Counted from the stretch's first letter, positions 38,315 to 47,612 are shown. The stretch is DNA of 64,000 nt from an uncultured Candidatus Saccharibacteria bacterium (GCA_964541455.1 CAZIPS010000002.1:6326-70325); one strand, 5' to 3'. Program-made: numbers and translations. Notes: generated by a model not told the origin, from the letters alone.

Positions 38315-40069
38315 CTATTTCAACACGGCTTTGATTCTTCTTACGCCAGCCGACACAGCTTCTTCCTTTTGAATACTAAAATTTCCTAAATCTTTGGTGT
38401 TTGTTACGTGAGGGCCGCCACAAAATTCTAAACTAAAGTCACCTATTTTATAGACACGAACCGTGTCGCCATATTTTTCTTCAAATAGACCAATTGCCCC
38501 CCTTGTTTCAGCCTCTTCTTTTGGGAGGTCTTCAAAGGTAACAGGAAGTCCAGCCTTAATCTGTTCATTTACCAACACCTCAACCGCCTTTTTTTGCTCG
38601 TCAGTCATTTTCTCAGGGTGGGCAAAGTCAAAACGAAGACGTTCTGTGGTGATATTGCTCCCCTTTTGGGCAACATGCTCGCCTAAAATTGTTTTGAGGG
38701 CCTTATGGAGTAAGTGTGTTGCCGTGTGATACTTCACAGACATTTCTGATGTATCAGCGAGTCCTCCCTTAAACTTTTTTTCAGCTCCGACTCGAGAAAG
38801 GGCTTGGTGTTTTTGCATCTCTTCCTTAAAACTTTCTTCATCAACTACCACTCCCCTTTCAGTTGCGAGCTCTTTGGTCATTTCAAAAGGAAATCCGTAA
38901 GTAGAAAAGAGTTTAAAAGCCTCTTTTCCAGTAATTTTACCTGTTGAAAGTTTTGTGAACTCTTTCATGCCTTCTGTGAGTGTTTTTCGAAAACGCTTTT
39001 CTTCTTCAAGGATTTCTTCTCTAATACTGTTACTTTGAGTTTCAAGGTTGGGATATACTTCTTTGTATTTTTGTACTACAGGTTCGACAAGGTGTGCTAT
39101 ATCCCCTTCTTTAAATTTAAGAATGTCAGCGTAGCGAATGGCGCGACGTAATAATCGACGCAAGATGTAACCCTGGTCGGTGTTACTTGGATGCACTCCG
39201 TCCGCAATAAGGAAGACACTGGTGCGAATATGGTCAGCAACAATACGAATAGCCTTAACATCATGCTCTAGTGCAAAGTCTTCAATCTTTTGGATAAGGG
39301 GTTCAAAGATATCAGTGTCGTAGGCGGTTTTTTTTCGTTGCATAACGGCAGTGATACGTTCTAGTCCCGCTCCGGTGTCTACGTTTTGTTGTGTTAGTTT
39401 TCCAACCACCTGCCCTGCTTCCTTTTTGTATTCCATGAACACGTCATTCCATATCTCAATAACATCTTCTCGTTTCATGGCGGCAAGAAAGTCTTCTTTG
39501 TTGAGGTCTCCCAGACCTTTTTCTGTCATGTCATAAAACATTTCAGTATCTGGTCCACATGGCCCATTGTCCCCTGGGCTCCACCAATTATCCTCCGCCG
39601 GAAGAAAATAAATGCGAGATTCTGGAATGCCAAGTGACTTCCAGACAGCGGGAGCCTCTTCATCTCTTGGGGCATTTTGGTCCCCCTCAAAAACGGTGAC
39701 ATACAATTTTTGTGGATTTAGACCCAACCCCTCTTCTTTTGAAGTGAGAAACTCAAAACTCCAGGTTATAGCCTCTTTTTTGAAATAATCACCAAGTGAC
39801 CAATTTCCCATCATTTCAAAAAATGAAAAATGGCGGTTGTCTCCAATGTCCTCAAGATCACCAGTGCGGACACATTTTTGGACATTAGCTAAGCGAGTGC
39901 CTTGTGGGTGTTTAGCCCCTAAAAGGTAGGGTACTAAGGGTTGCATGCCAGCTGTGTTAAAAAGGACCGAGGGGTCATTTTCCGGTACAAGGGAGGCCGA
40001 AGGCACAATGGCATGCCCTCTTTTTTCAAAGAAGGTAAGGAATCGCCTACGAATTTCGTTTGAAAGCAT
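38315..40069 (-). CDS. alaS: Alanine--tRNA ligase, short form
   Basis: LFNTAGMQ, FFEMMGNWS, DTGAGLER, HTATH, CGGPH; ends after GVRRIKA. Confidence 0.96.
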   Translation of the reverse strand: MLSNEIRRRFLTFFEKRGHAIVPSASLVPENDPSVLFNTAGMQPLVPYLLGAKHPQGTRLANVQKCVRTGDLEDIGDNRHFSFFEMMGNWSLGDYFKKEAITWSFEFLTSKEEGLGLNPQKLYVTVFEGDQNAPRDEEAPAVWKSLGIPESRIYFLPAEDNWWSPGDNGPCGPDTEMFYDMTEKGLGDLNKEDFLAAMKREDVIEIWNDVFMEYKKEAGQVVGKLTQQNVDTGAGLERITAVMQRKKTAYDTDIFEPLIQKIEDFALEHDVKAIRIVADHIRTSVFLIADGVHPSNTDQGYILRRLLRRAIRYADILKFKEGDIAHLVEPVVQKYKEVYPNLETQSNSIREEILEEEKRFRKTLTEGMKEFTKLSTGKITGKEAFKLFSTYGFPFEMTKELATERGVVVDEESFKEEMQKHQALSRVGAEKKFKGGLADTSEMSVKYHTATHLLHKALKTILGEHVAQKGSNITTERLRFDFAHPEKMTDEQKKAVEVLVNEQIKAGLPVTFEDLPKEEAETRGAIGLFEEKYGDTVRVYKIGDFSLEFCGGPHVTNTKDLGNFSIQKEEAVSAGVRRIKAVLK

Positions 40070-40092
40070 AATAGAAAGAGTGTACCACAGGC

Positions 40093-40656
40093 TTACTTTG
40101 GGAGAAATGTCTCCTTGGCAAGGAGTAGTACCTCTTCGTGTTTAACGACCAAGGGGTACGTTGCGCCCAGTTTTTCCCTTATAACCTCAAAGACTTCATC
40201 ATGGAACCAGGTGTATTGAGTCGGATCTTTAATTTGAATTTTTGCAGGGTTTTCAAGGGCACTTTGGAGATTGTGTATTTTGTCAGCTGAAGCAATAATT
40301 GCGGCGTCGTTTCCCGCCGCTTTTAACTTGGCTATGTAGAGCTCTTTGCGCTCCCTCCAAGAAGAGAGATGTTTGTCTTTTTTAAGAAGCTCAGTCACTG
40401 TTTCAACAAGCATTGCAACACGCTTTCCTAAATGCTCTTCGATTTTATGAAGAGGGTAATCGGTATCTTCAAGAATGTCATGAAGAAGTGCTGCGGCAAT
40501 AACTTCTTCGTCATCATGATGGCTTCCGACAAGACTTGCTACAGAGTACAAATGACTAACGTATGGGAGTGGATACTCATACGCCGCGCGATAGATACCA
40601 TCATGTGCGGCAGTAGCTATTTTTATGGCTTTTTCGATAAGAGGGGTGTAGGTCAT
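40093..40656 (-). CDS. HD-domain hydrolase (RelA/SpoT-HD, Mesh1-like)
   Basis: AH.G..R, PYVSH, AALLHDILEDT, ADKIHN. Confidence 0.88.
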   Translation of the reverse strand: MTYTPLIEKAIKIATAAHDGIYRAAYEYPLPYVSHLYSVASLVGSHHDDEEVIAAALLHDILEDTDYPLHKIEEHLGKRVAMLVETVTELLKKDKHLSSWRERKELYIAKLKAAGNDAAIIASADKIHNLQSALENPAKIQIKDPTQYTWFHDEVFEVIREKLGATYPLVVKHEEVLLLAKETFLPK

Positions 40657-41270
40657 TATGAAGCGAGGAATTCTTTGAGGACGGCAAAATCAGTTTTTAA
40701 CGTATCTTTAGTCTTATTGTTATACACGGCAACTGCTGGATGGTAAAGTGGCACAATGGTTATTTCTCCATAGTTCGTTTTTGCTTTAAATGTCTTCCCA
40801 TGTAGTTCGCTGATGGGGCCTAAGTCTTTAAAGAGACTAAACCGCTCCATAATGTACTTCATGGAATAGCGACCAAGCGTTGCTAAAACCTTGGGTTCAA
40901 TAATGTTTATTTGTCTATCAAGGAAGGGGCCATATGCAGTTATCTCCTCCGGTGTTGGGTCGCGATTAAGAGGAGGTCTATCTTTCGCTATATTGGTTAC
41001 ATACACACTTTCTCGCGGTAGGTTTATGGAGGCGAGGAGTTCATCGAGAATCTTACCGGAGGCACCACAAAAAGGTTTCCCAGTAAGTGCTTCGTTTTTT
41101 CCAGGAGCTTCACCGATAAACATAATTGAAGCATTGAGATCACCTTCCCCTATGACTGGACAGGCGTTATGTTTAGTTCGTTCAGCATAAAGTGGGGATG
41201 TTGTCAGTGCAAAAACTTCGTCTCGAAGTTCAGTCATAAGTACTTGTTTTTGCTTATTACGAGGCGCCAT
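40656..41270 (-). CDS. Family 4 uracil-DNA glycosylase
   Basis: IGEAPG.NE, G.PF.G.SG, RPP.NRDP, LYHPA. Confidence 0.93.
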   Translation of the reverse strand: MAPRNKQKQVLMTELRDEVFALTTSPLYAERTKHNACPVIGEGDLNASIMFIGEAPGKNEALTGKPFCGASGKILDELLASINLPRESVYVTNIAKDRPPLNRDPTPEEITAYGPFLDRQINIIEPKVLATLGRYSMKYIMERFSLFKDLGPISELHGKTFKAKTNYGEITIVPLYHPAVAVYNNKTKDTLKTDFAVLKEFLAS

Positions 41271-41290
41271 TAAAAGTAGTATAGCAAAAT

Positions 41291-41315
41291 ATAAAACCCG
41301 TCTTCACGACGGGTT
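41291..41315 (-). terminator. Terminator of islet 5
   Basis: Minus strand AACCCGTC-gtgaa-GACGGGTT-TTAT. Confidence 0.75.
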
Positions 41316-41341
41316 CCCTGCGGGGCAGGCAGCCTTGGCGC

Positions 41342-41509
41342 TTAGCTGGCGCGGGTATGCCTTTTCTGGTAGCCACCGTGAGGGGCAGGCAGCCCCCCTG
41401 GCGGCGGGTCGCGCGCCTTTGGCGCGGGCGTGGATTCAAACAGAAATACTGGCCCAGAGAATGCTACGTTAAGTACTGTCTCGATGAGGCAGTACATGAG
41501 ATGTTTCAT
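41342..41509 (-). CDS. Orphan 55-aa GC-rich peptide (islet 5; absent from the ORF track)
   Basis: SD GAGGAGG 8 nt before ATG; MKHLMYCLIETVLNVAFSGPVFLFESTPAPKARDPPPGGLPAPHGGYQKRHTRAS; upstream TTGTAA-17 bp-TACTAT. Confidence 0.6.
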   Translation of the reverse strand: MKHLMYCLIETVLNVAFSGPVFLFESTPAPKARDPPPGGLPAPHGGYQKRHTRAS

Positions 41510-41567
41510 GGTCGCTGCCTCCTCTTGTTTGCAAAACTAAAAAAATAGTAGCAAAAAACTAGTTCTT

Positions 41568-41846
41568 TTACAACTTTATGTGCACCCCTTCGGCTTTAAG
41601 AAGCGCTCTCTTTTTTTCTGTTCCTCCACGGTTATACTCTCCTATCTTTCCATCACTTCGTATAACACGATGACACGGCACAGTGGGGTCGTAATTGTTT
41701 TTCATAATAGTTCCCACAGCCCGCGAGGCTCTGGGGTTTCCTGCTTGTTTGGCAACTTCCCCATAGCTCATAGTTTCCCCTTTTGGAATAGCACGTACCA
41801 CTTTTCTCACTCGTTCTGCAAACAGTGTTGTGGACGATGTTCGCAT
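41568..41846 (-). CDS. O6-methylguanine DNA methyltransferase-family protein
   Basis: IPKGETMSYG, ASRAVG, VPCHRVI active-site motif. Confidence 0.93.
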   Translation of the reverse strand: MRTSSTTLFAERVRKVVRAIPKGETMSYGEVAKQAGNPRASRAVGTIMKNNYDPTVPCHRVIRSDGKIGEYNRGGTEKKRALLKAEGVHIKL

Positions 41847-41851
41847 ATTAA

Positions 41852-42628
41852 TTATTTTTTGCGAAGCTTTGCATCAGCTAAGGCAGCCTCTTTTCGATAA
41901 GCACAATATTGGCAGGTATCTGCTGGTTTTGGGAGAGTTTCCTCAAGGAGGCATTTTTTTATAGCAACAAGTGTTTCTGGGATCCACGAAGGATCGCCTT
42001 TATATGGAAGAAGGACGACGTCAAATTCAAGTTTTCCATCGAAAGCCTCCCTATCTTGTTTACCATTTACATACACAAAGTAGCCAGTGTCTGAAACTTT
42101 AAAACCATTTTGGCGGAAAAGCCATTGGTATACTTCCATTTGACGCTTGTAGCCGATTTGCCAGTCAGCATCAAGAGTGATTTCAGCTTCGGCATCAGCC
42201 TTACTGGTGGCCTTGTAGTCAGCGATAATAAGTTCTCCCTCGGGGTTCACCCATACATCATCAATTCCTCCACGAATAAGGAGGTTGAGTGCTTTGTCTG
42301 TGTATTTAATCCCATTTCGTAGTGCGTCCCTCCATTCATCCATACGCTCGTCTTGAAATGGGACTGCGTCTAGCCCGTAGCTCTTCAAAAGGGGGTGCTT
42401 ACTCTGGGCTTTGCGGTGAATATCGAACTCTTTTTTTAGCAAAGCGTCAACGGCATTGTTGAGAGTGAAAGGAAAAGAATCAGGCCGTCCGATGCCGAGC
42501 CTGCGATCGAGATAAAAGCAGCGAGGACACTCGAGGAATAAATCTATTTTACTTCGTGAAAGTTCAAAGGGTTCTTTGCTTTGCGGGTTAAATATTTTGT
42601 ATGTTTTGACTTTATAGAGAAATGCCAT
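41852..42628 (-). CDS. PD-(D/E)XK nuclease (Cas4/RecB-like)
   Basis: ECPRCFY, GGIDD, IADYK, QMEVY, C-terminal CQYC. Confidence 0.88.
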   Translation of the reverse strand: MAFLYKVKTYKIFNPQSKEPFELSRSKIDLFLECPRCFYLDRRLGIGRPDSFPFTLNNAVDALLKKEFDIHRKAQSKHPLLKSYGLDAVPFQDERMDEWRDALRNGIKYTDKALNLLIRGGIDDVWVNPEGELIIADYKATSKADAEAEITLDADWQIGYKRQMEVYQWLFRQNGFKVSDTGYFVYVNGKQDREAFDGKLEFDVVLLPYKGDPSWIPETLVAIKKCLLEETLPKPADTCQYCAYRKEAALADAKLRKK

Positions 42629-42666
42629 ATTAAAAGAAAGGAAAAGTTCAGTAGTATTCGTTTGTA

Positions 42667-43137
42667 TTATTCGGCTGCTTCTTTTCGCATTTGTTCCTCA
42701 ACTCCCCAAAGGGTCGAGAAAATAAACAATGCAAGAATAGTAGTAACGATAGCAATCGTGAAGTAACCAAAGGCAACAGCGATACCAATACCATTTGCTA
42801 CCCACAACCCTGCGGCTGTAGTTACTCCAATGATTCGGTCATTGTGGTAGATAATAATACCTCCACAAAGGAATCCTATACCCATAACAATTCCCGCCGC
42901 CATACGCATCGGGTCAAAATTGGTAAACCCAATAAATTCTTTTGTAGCTAAAAGCGAAATAAGAACTAAAAGACATGATCCAAGCGAAACAAAAGCATAG
43001 GTACGCATACCCGCCATTTTATGAGCAAGCGTACGTTCGGTACCAATAACTGCCCCTAACCCAACTGCTAAAAGCAGCTTAATGATAAGTGGGAGATTAA
43101 AAGTGAGATATAGCGCTACTGGTTCTGGAATAGTCAT
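42667..43137 (-). CDS. MgtC/SapB family membrane protein
   Basis: IGTER, AGMRT, DPMRMAAGIVMGIGFL, GVTTAAGLW. Confidence 0.93.
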   Translation of the reverse strand: MTIPEPVALYLTFNLPLIIKLLLAVGLGAVIGTERTLAHKMAGMRTYAFVSLGSCLLVLISLLATKEFIGFTNFDPMRMAAGIVMGIGFLCGGIIIYHNDRIIGVTTAAGLWVANGIGIAVAFGYFTIAIVTTILALFIFSTLWGVEEQMRKEAAE

Positions 43138-43141
43138 AGTC

Positions 43142-43984
43142 TTAGAGTGTATTTTGACAGAGAACTTTTCCTTCTTCAAGTACTTTGTTCATTTTTGTGT
43201 CTGACATGCCAAGCTTCTGCATGGCTTCACGGTTTTCGTCAATTGTTTTGCAAAGCACGACACCGCTTGTAAGAAGATTAAGTTTCTCCTGTTTAGAAAG
43301 AGTCGTAAGGCAAGTAATAGGATGAATACCAGTTTGTTCAATAAGGTCTTGTAGATTTCCAAAACGAGGGTATGTCCAACTTAAGACTTTAAGCCCCTTG
43401 CAGTTCGCGTACTGTACTGCTTGTTTTGTAAATTTGGTGTTCGTGATAAGCCAACCCTCATCAATAGGGCGACCTCCACGCTCGGCGCGATACTTCTTAA
43501 TATCCTCGATACGAGAATTGACATAGAGTGCTACTTTTACATCTGACTTAATACCAAGTTGGTTGTGAAATTTTACTTCGCCTAAAATAGACTTTTGGTC
43601 ATTTTCTGCGACAAGATCTACTTCGTGCTCAACGCATGATCCTTGCAGCATCACTCCAGTCTCAACTTTAAAACCTTTCGCTTTAAAAATTTCACCAATA
43701 AAATCTTCAAAAGGAAAACCAGAAGGACCAAGCTCCATGACGGCACGTTTAAGTGAGTAACGCATAGCGGCAGGTTTCTCAATCGTACGTAAATACTCGT
43801 AAGCTTTTTTATAGATAAGTCCGGTGGGCATGCCGGGCTTGATTTCGCTTTTAATTTCTCTAGTTACAGCGTTAATTGCCTTATCTGTCGCTCCAGAACG
43901 GTGGAGTGAGTGAATAAGTTTGCTTATATCGAAAGCTTCAAGCTCACCATTTTCTTTAAGTATGAGAAGCGGTTTTTTAGACAT
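43142..43984 (-). CDS. ATP-cone plus Mrr-type restriction endonuclease domain protein
   Basis: N-terminal ILKENG..E.FD.SKL..SL (ATP cone); GFPFE, HEVD, GEVKFH, LITN. Confidence 0.85.
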   Translation of the reverse strand: MSKKPLLILKENGELEAFDISKLIHSLHRSGATDKAINAVTREIKSEIKPGMPTGLIYKKAYEYLRTIEKPAAMRYSLKRAVMELGPSGFPFEDFIGEIFKAKGFKVETGVMLQGSCVEHEVDLVAENDQKSILGEVKFHNQLGIKSDVKVALYVNSRIEDIKKYRAERGGRPIDEGWLITNTKFTKQAVQYANCKGLKVLSWTYPRFGNLQDLIEQTGIHPITCLTTLSKQEKLNLLTSGVVLCKTIDENREAMQKLGMSDTKMNKVLEEGKVLCQNTL

Positions 43985-44027
43985 GTTGTATAGTATACCA
44001 CCACTACTCGTGAATTTGGTCGGTTAT

Positions 44028-44136
44028 AAAAATATAGTGCCCAAAGCCATACAACCGGCCTCGGGCACTGTCGCAGAGGTACTACATCGCTTCCATCGCT
44101 AGACGGATCTCCTCTCCTTTCTTAAAGAGTGATGGG
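44028..44136 (-). ncRNA. Candidate small RNA or minimal islet (unit 6)
   Basis: TAGACA-17 bp-TAAAGT (44171-44143), purine-rich SD AAAGGAGAGGAG, only a 4-codon ORF (MEAM), 13-bp terminator stem with G-U pairs on the minus strand. Confidence 0.45.
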
Positions 44137-44168
44137 AGTGCCACTTTAATATAAGAAAATACTTTTGT

Positions 44169-45254
44169 CTAGTGAGGTTTTGGTGTGTCAATAATGGCTC
44201 CACCAAGACATACTGTGTCTTTATAGAAAACAATTGACTGTCCAAGTGGAGCAAGAAGTGGGTCTTTAAACATTATTTCATTTTTACTAGGATAGAGCGT
44301 GGCCTCGTGGTATTCACCGTGATAGCGAATTTGGGCGGTCACAGATACACTTTCCTGTTCACGACTTCTGAACAAAAGGTTGGCTATAGTGTAACGCGAA
44401 GTACTATGTACTACTGTTTCTGGGTCATTAGAAACGGTAATAGTGTTTTGTGAAATATTTTTTTGTACAACATAATAAGGAGCATCACTGGCCGTCTTTC
44501 GGGTAATTGTAAAGCCATGTCGCTCTCCTATGGTATAAAGTAGTGCTCCTTCATGTTGGCCAATAACTTCACCTGTCTCGTTAAGCACATTCCCTTTTTT
44601 TGTTTCTATAAAATGCTTAAGGAAGCTTTTCATATCCACATTACTAATAAAGCAAAGTCCTTGGCTATCCTTTTTCTTTGCAGTCATAAGTCCAGTATTT
44701 TCTGCAATAGTGCGCACTTCTGTTTTGTGCAAACATCCAACGGGGAAAAGCACATGAGCTAAAATATCCTGACTTAGTGTCCAAAGAAAATAGCTTTGAT
44801 CTTTGCTTTTATCGGGGCTCCTATGTAGTTCATAGGTACCCGTTTTTTTGTTTAAAATACTTTGTGCATAGTGTCCGGTAGCGACATAGTCCGCACCTTC
44901 GTTTCTTGCCCAATTGTAAAACGCACCAAACTTTACTTCTTTATTGCAAAATACATCTGGATTAGGCGTTCTTCCCTTTTTGTATTCTGATAGAAGATAA
45001 TCTATAACTCCTTCTTTGTATTCTTTTTCAAGATCGAGTGTTCTAAATGGAATATTAAGTTGTGCTGCGATGCGCATGGCGTCCAGTCTGTCCTCCCTCC
45101 AGGTGCACGGCACAAAGTCTGGTTGCCATACTTTTATAAATACTCCGACAACGTGGTATCCGGCTTTCTTAAGTAGATACGCTGAAACAGAGCTATCGAC
45201 TCCACCTGATAGCCCTACGTAGACTGTTTTCCCGTTTCCCTGCTCCCTTTGCAT
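44169..45254 (-). CDS. mnmA: tRNA 2-thiouridylase
   Basis: SGGVDSS, TPNPDVFCN, ATGHY, KDQSYFL, DSQGLCF. Confidence 0.97.
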   Translation of the reverse strand: MQREQGNGKTVYVGLSGGVDSSVSAYLLKKAGYHVVGVFIKVWQPDFVPCTWREDRLDAMRIAAQLNIPFRTLDLEKEYKEGVIDYLLSEYKKGRTPNPDVFCNKEVKFGAFYNWARNEGADYVATGHYAQSILNKKTGTYELHRSPDKSKDQSYFLWTLSQDILAHVLFPVGCLHKTEVRTIAENTGLMTAKKKDSQGLCFISNVDMKSFLKHFIETKKGNVLNETGEVIGQHEGALLYTIGERHGFTITRKTASDAPYYVVQKNISQNTITVSNDPETVVHSTSRYTIANLLFRSREQESVSVTAQIRYHGEYHEATLYPSKNEIMFKDPLLAPLGQSIVFYKDTVCLGGAIIDTPKPH

Positions 45255-45271
45255 ATGCGGGGCATATTACC

Positions 45272-46264
45272 CTATTTTGTGGCGTTGAGGTAGCGGTGTT
45301 TGTTAGCAACATGTTCTTCAAACGTAGTGGCGTAGTAAAAAGTACCTCCGCGGCTAGTGAGATAGTAAAGATACTTTGTAGGCTTAGCCGAAAGGGCAGC
45401 TCGAATTGACTCAAGGCCGGGGTTTGCAATTGGTGTTGGAGGAAGCCCCTTATATTTATAAGTGTTGTAGGGCGAAGAAGTTGCAAGGTCCACTGATGAG
45501 AGTTCGTAAGTGTTTTTGTTGAGTGCGTAATCAAGTGAAGAATCAACTTGGAGCGGCATACCAATTGCAATACGTTTCCAAAGAATACTTGCGACGTTAA
45601 CACGGTTTTCGAAGTTCTGAGCTTCTCGTTCAAGGATTGAGGCCATAATAACCACGTCACTCATACTTTTCCCAAAATTTTTGATTTCTCGATCAAGCGG
45701 TTGCTCCTTATCCTTAAATGTATCGTGCATAGTTTGTACAACCTCTTTTGCATCGGCAGACTGCAAAAAGAAATAAGTATCTGGAAATAGATACCCCTCA
45801 AAAGGAGTGCCAAGCGCAATAAACTGCTGCTCATTACACAACGGCAGGTTTTTAGCACAAAGATTAGCGAGCTCTTTAACGGTGAGCCCTTCAGGGAAGG
45901 TTACACGAATAGAAGTAAGCTCGTGGTCTCCCTTGGCAAGCCGTACACCCACCTTAAGCAAATTTTCCTTATGATTGAAAAGATACCCTCCGGCAATAAC
46001 ACCATTTTCACCAGATAGTTTAACTACAATTGCAAACAGTGTTGTCGAACGAATGATGTGCCGTGTTTTAAGAAGATTCCCCGCCGCAACAACAGTACTA
46101 TCCTTTGGGATAACAACCATATCATTTTCTGGAAAATTTGAAGGAGCCGAAAGAAATATGCCATAGAGGACAAAACTCAAAAAAAGAACAACGCAAATGA
46201 AACGAGCCACCTTTTTTGGTATGGCAAGATAAAAGCGGATGATAAGCTGCTTTGGTTTATGCAT
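45272..46264 (-). CDS. mltG: Endolytic transglycosylase
   Basis: TFPEG, EGYLFPDTY, ASILERE, SPYNTYKYKGLPPTPI. Confidence 0.95.
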   Translation of the reverse strand: MHKPKQLIIRFYLAIPKKVARFICVVLFLSFVLYGIFLSAPSNFPENDMVVIPKDSTVVAAGNLLKTRHIIRSTTLFAIVVKLSGENGVIAGGYLFNHKENLLKVGVRLAKGDHELTSIRVTFPEGLTVKELANLCAKNLPLCNEQQFIALGTPFEGYLFPDTYFFLQSADAKEVVQTMHDTFKDKEQPLDREIKNFGKSMSDVVIMASILEREAQNFENRVNVASILWKRIAIGMPLQVDSSLDYALNKNTYELSSVDLATSSPYNTYKYKGLPPTPIANPGLESIRAALSAKPTKYLYYLTSRGGTFYYATTFEEHVANKHRYLNATK

Positions 46265-46267
46265 AGA

Positions 46268-47521
46268 TTAGTGTGGGAGATTAGTTGGAGCATCTCCCTT
46301 GCGTGAGGTCACACGATTTATCATCGGTGTTTGAAGTGTTGAACCAATAGGGTGGAAAATGGTCGCTAATTCTTCAGTGTTTAGGATAAAAGTATGTTCC
46401 TTGTGTGGGTTGTAAAAGAACATACGACGTCTGTAGGCATCGACCGCATGGTGCTTAATTTTATCTTTTCTAAAATCGTTAAAATCTTGCCAAGGAAAGT
46501 CAAATGGATCTGCTACATGATCTGGCTTAAACCCATTTAAGTTGTTTGAACCATACTGGCTCATAAGTGTTAAAAGGCTTGCGATACGGCCACCGTTAAA
46601 CTTGTCTGGCTCGCCAAAATAGATGAGACGAATACCTACATCAAATGCAGGTTTTGAGGTGCTTCTTTCAATGGCAGCAAAAAGATCAGCCTCTCCTTTG
46701 GTTGGAATCCTTTCAAATTCAGTGGCATGCTCACCCGCACCTTTTTTAGTAAGTAATTTTTCACGTAATTCCTTTATTACCTCTTTACCCTCTTCTTCAA
46801 GTGTTGTCTCGCCAAACCAGGTGCCGTGTTTATGCTTTTTCTTATGAGCGGTAAACACTATTTGATACCATGCAAACTCACCCTTTTGTAAGGTGCTAAA
46901 ATATTCAAGCACATGACTGAAGGGGTCAACTTTGTACTCTTCTTTGGGGTCTTTATCTAGCCCATAGTCAACATACGTTTTGATTGGGTATGGATCGGCT
47001 TTTGTGAGGATAAAGTTATTGCTCCATACTGAAAATTTCTTTTTATTATAGTGAGGCATCATGTCGGTATAGTCCCCCACTTCATTTATTTCGATGTTTG
47101 GGTACTGTCCATAAAGTTGAGCTTCAATAAGATTCTTAAAGGAGGCGCGTGTCCAAAAGAAAAAGTGGATATTACCTTCAAAAGAAGCGATCTCAATAGA
47201 GTACCAAGGGCGCATTTTGCCCTGAATGTACTTTGCATACCAATTTCCTTCCCCCCCTGTTTGGCGGAGGTTGGTAAGCACGAGTTCCATAGCAAGCGGT
47301 GATTTGTACACTTCAGGGGGGAATTTCAACTCAAGCAGTACATACTTTTGCTTTAAAATAAATTCTGAACGAATATACTCAATCCAGACATTCCATAGTA
47401 CGAATGCAAGTGTAAGCGGAAGCCATACTGGGGCAAGTATAAAAAGATAGTGTACAAGAAGTAAAAACCAGTGACTGTAAAACACACTGAAAAGTGGTGC
47501 CCAAAAATCAGTCGAAGACAT
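46268..47521 (-). CDS. Membrane-anchored hypothetical protein
   Basis: N-terminal TM, LYGQYP.IEI, C-terminal ILNTEELATIFH; clean long ORF with TACAAT 7 nt before ATG 47521. Confidence 0.8.
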   Translation of the reverse strand: MSSTDFWAPLFSVFYSHWFLLLVHYLFILAPVWLPLTLAFVLWNVWIEYIRSEFILKQKYVLLELKFPPEVYKSPLAMELVLTNLRQTGGEGNWYAKYIQGKMRPWYSIEIASFEGNIHFFFWTRASFKNLIEAQLYGQYPNIEINEVGDYTDMMPHYNKKKFSVWSNNFILTKADPYPIKTYVDYGLDKDPKEEYKVDPFSHVLEYFSTLQKGEFAWYQIVFTAHKKKHKHGTWFGETTLEEEGKEVIKELREKLLTKKGAGEHATEFERIPTKGEADLFAAIERSTSKPAFDVGIRLIYFGEPDKFNGGRIASLLTLMSQYGSNNLNGFKPDHVADPFDFPWQDFNDFRKDKIKHHAVDAYRRRMFFYNPHKEHTFILNTEELATIFHPIGSTLQTPMINRVTSRKGDAPTNLPH

Positions 47522-47578
47522 ATGCACTATTGTATCTTAAGAATCACTAAGTTGTACATTTTGAAACACACTATGCAA

Positions 47579-47612
47579 ACAAAAACCCCAGTGAGTAGAC
47601 TGAGGTTTTTGT
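47579..47612 (-). terminator. Intrinsic terminator
   Basis: ACAAAAACCCCAGT-gagtag-ACTGAGGTTTTTGT. Confidence 0.7.

Noticed and set aside
41257-41548. Track ORFs 41257..41439(-) and 41357..41548(+)
   Set aside because: Neither has an SD and the first reads through the terminator; the SD-led 41342..41509(-) frame fits the unit.
41852-42628. Cas4-like nuclease as evidence of CRISPR-Cas
   Set aside because: Solo PD-(D/E)XK gene with no cas1/cas2 or array in the window.
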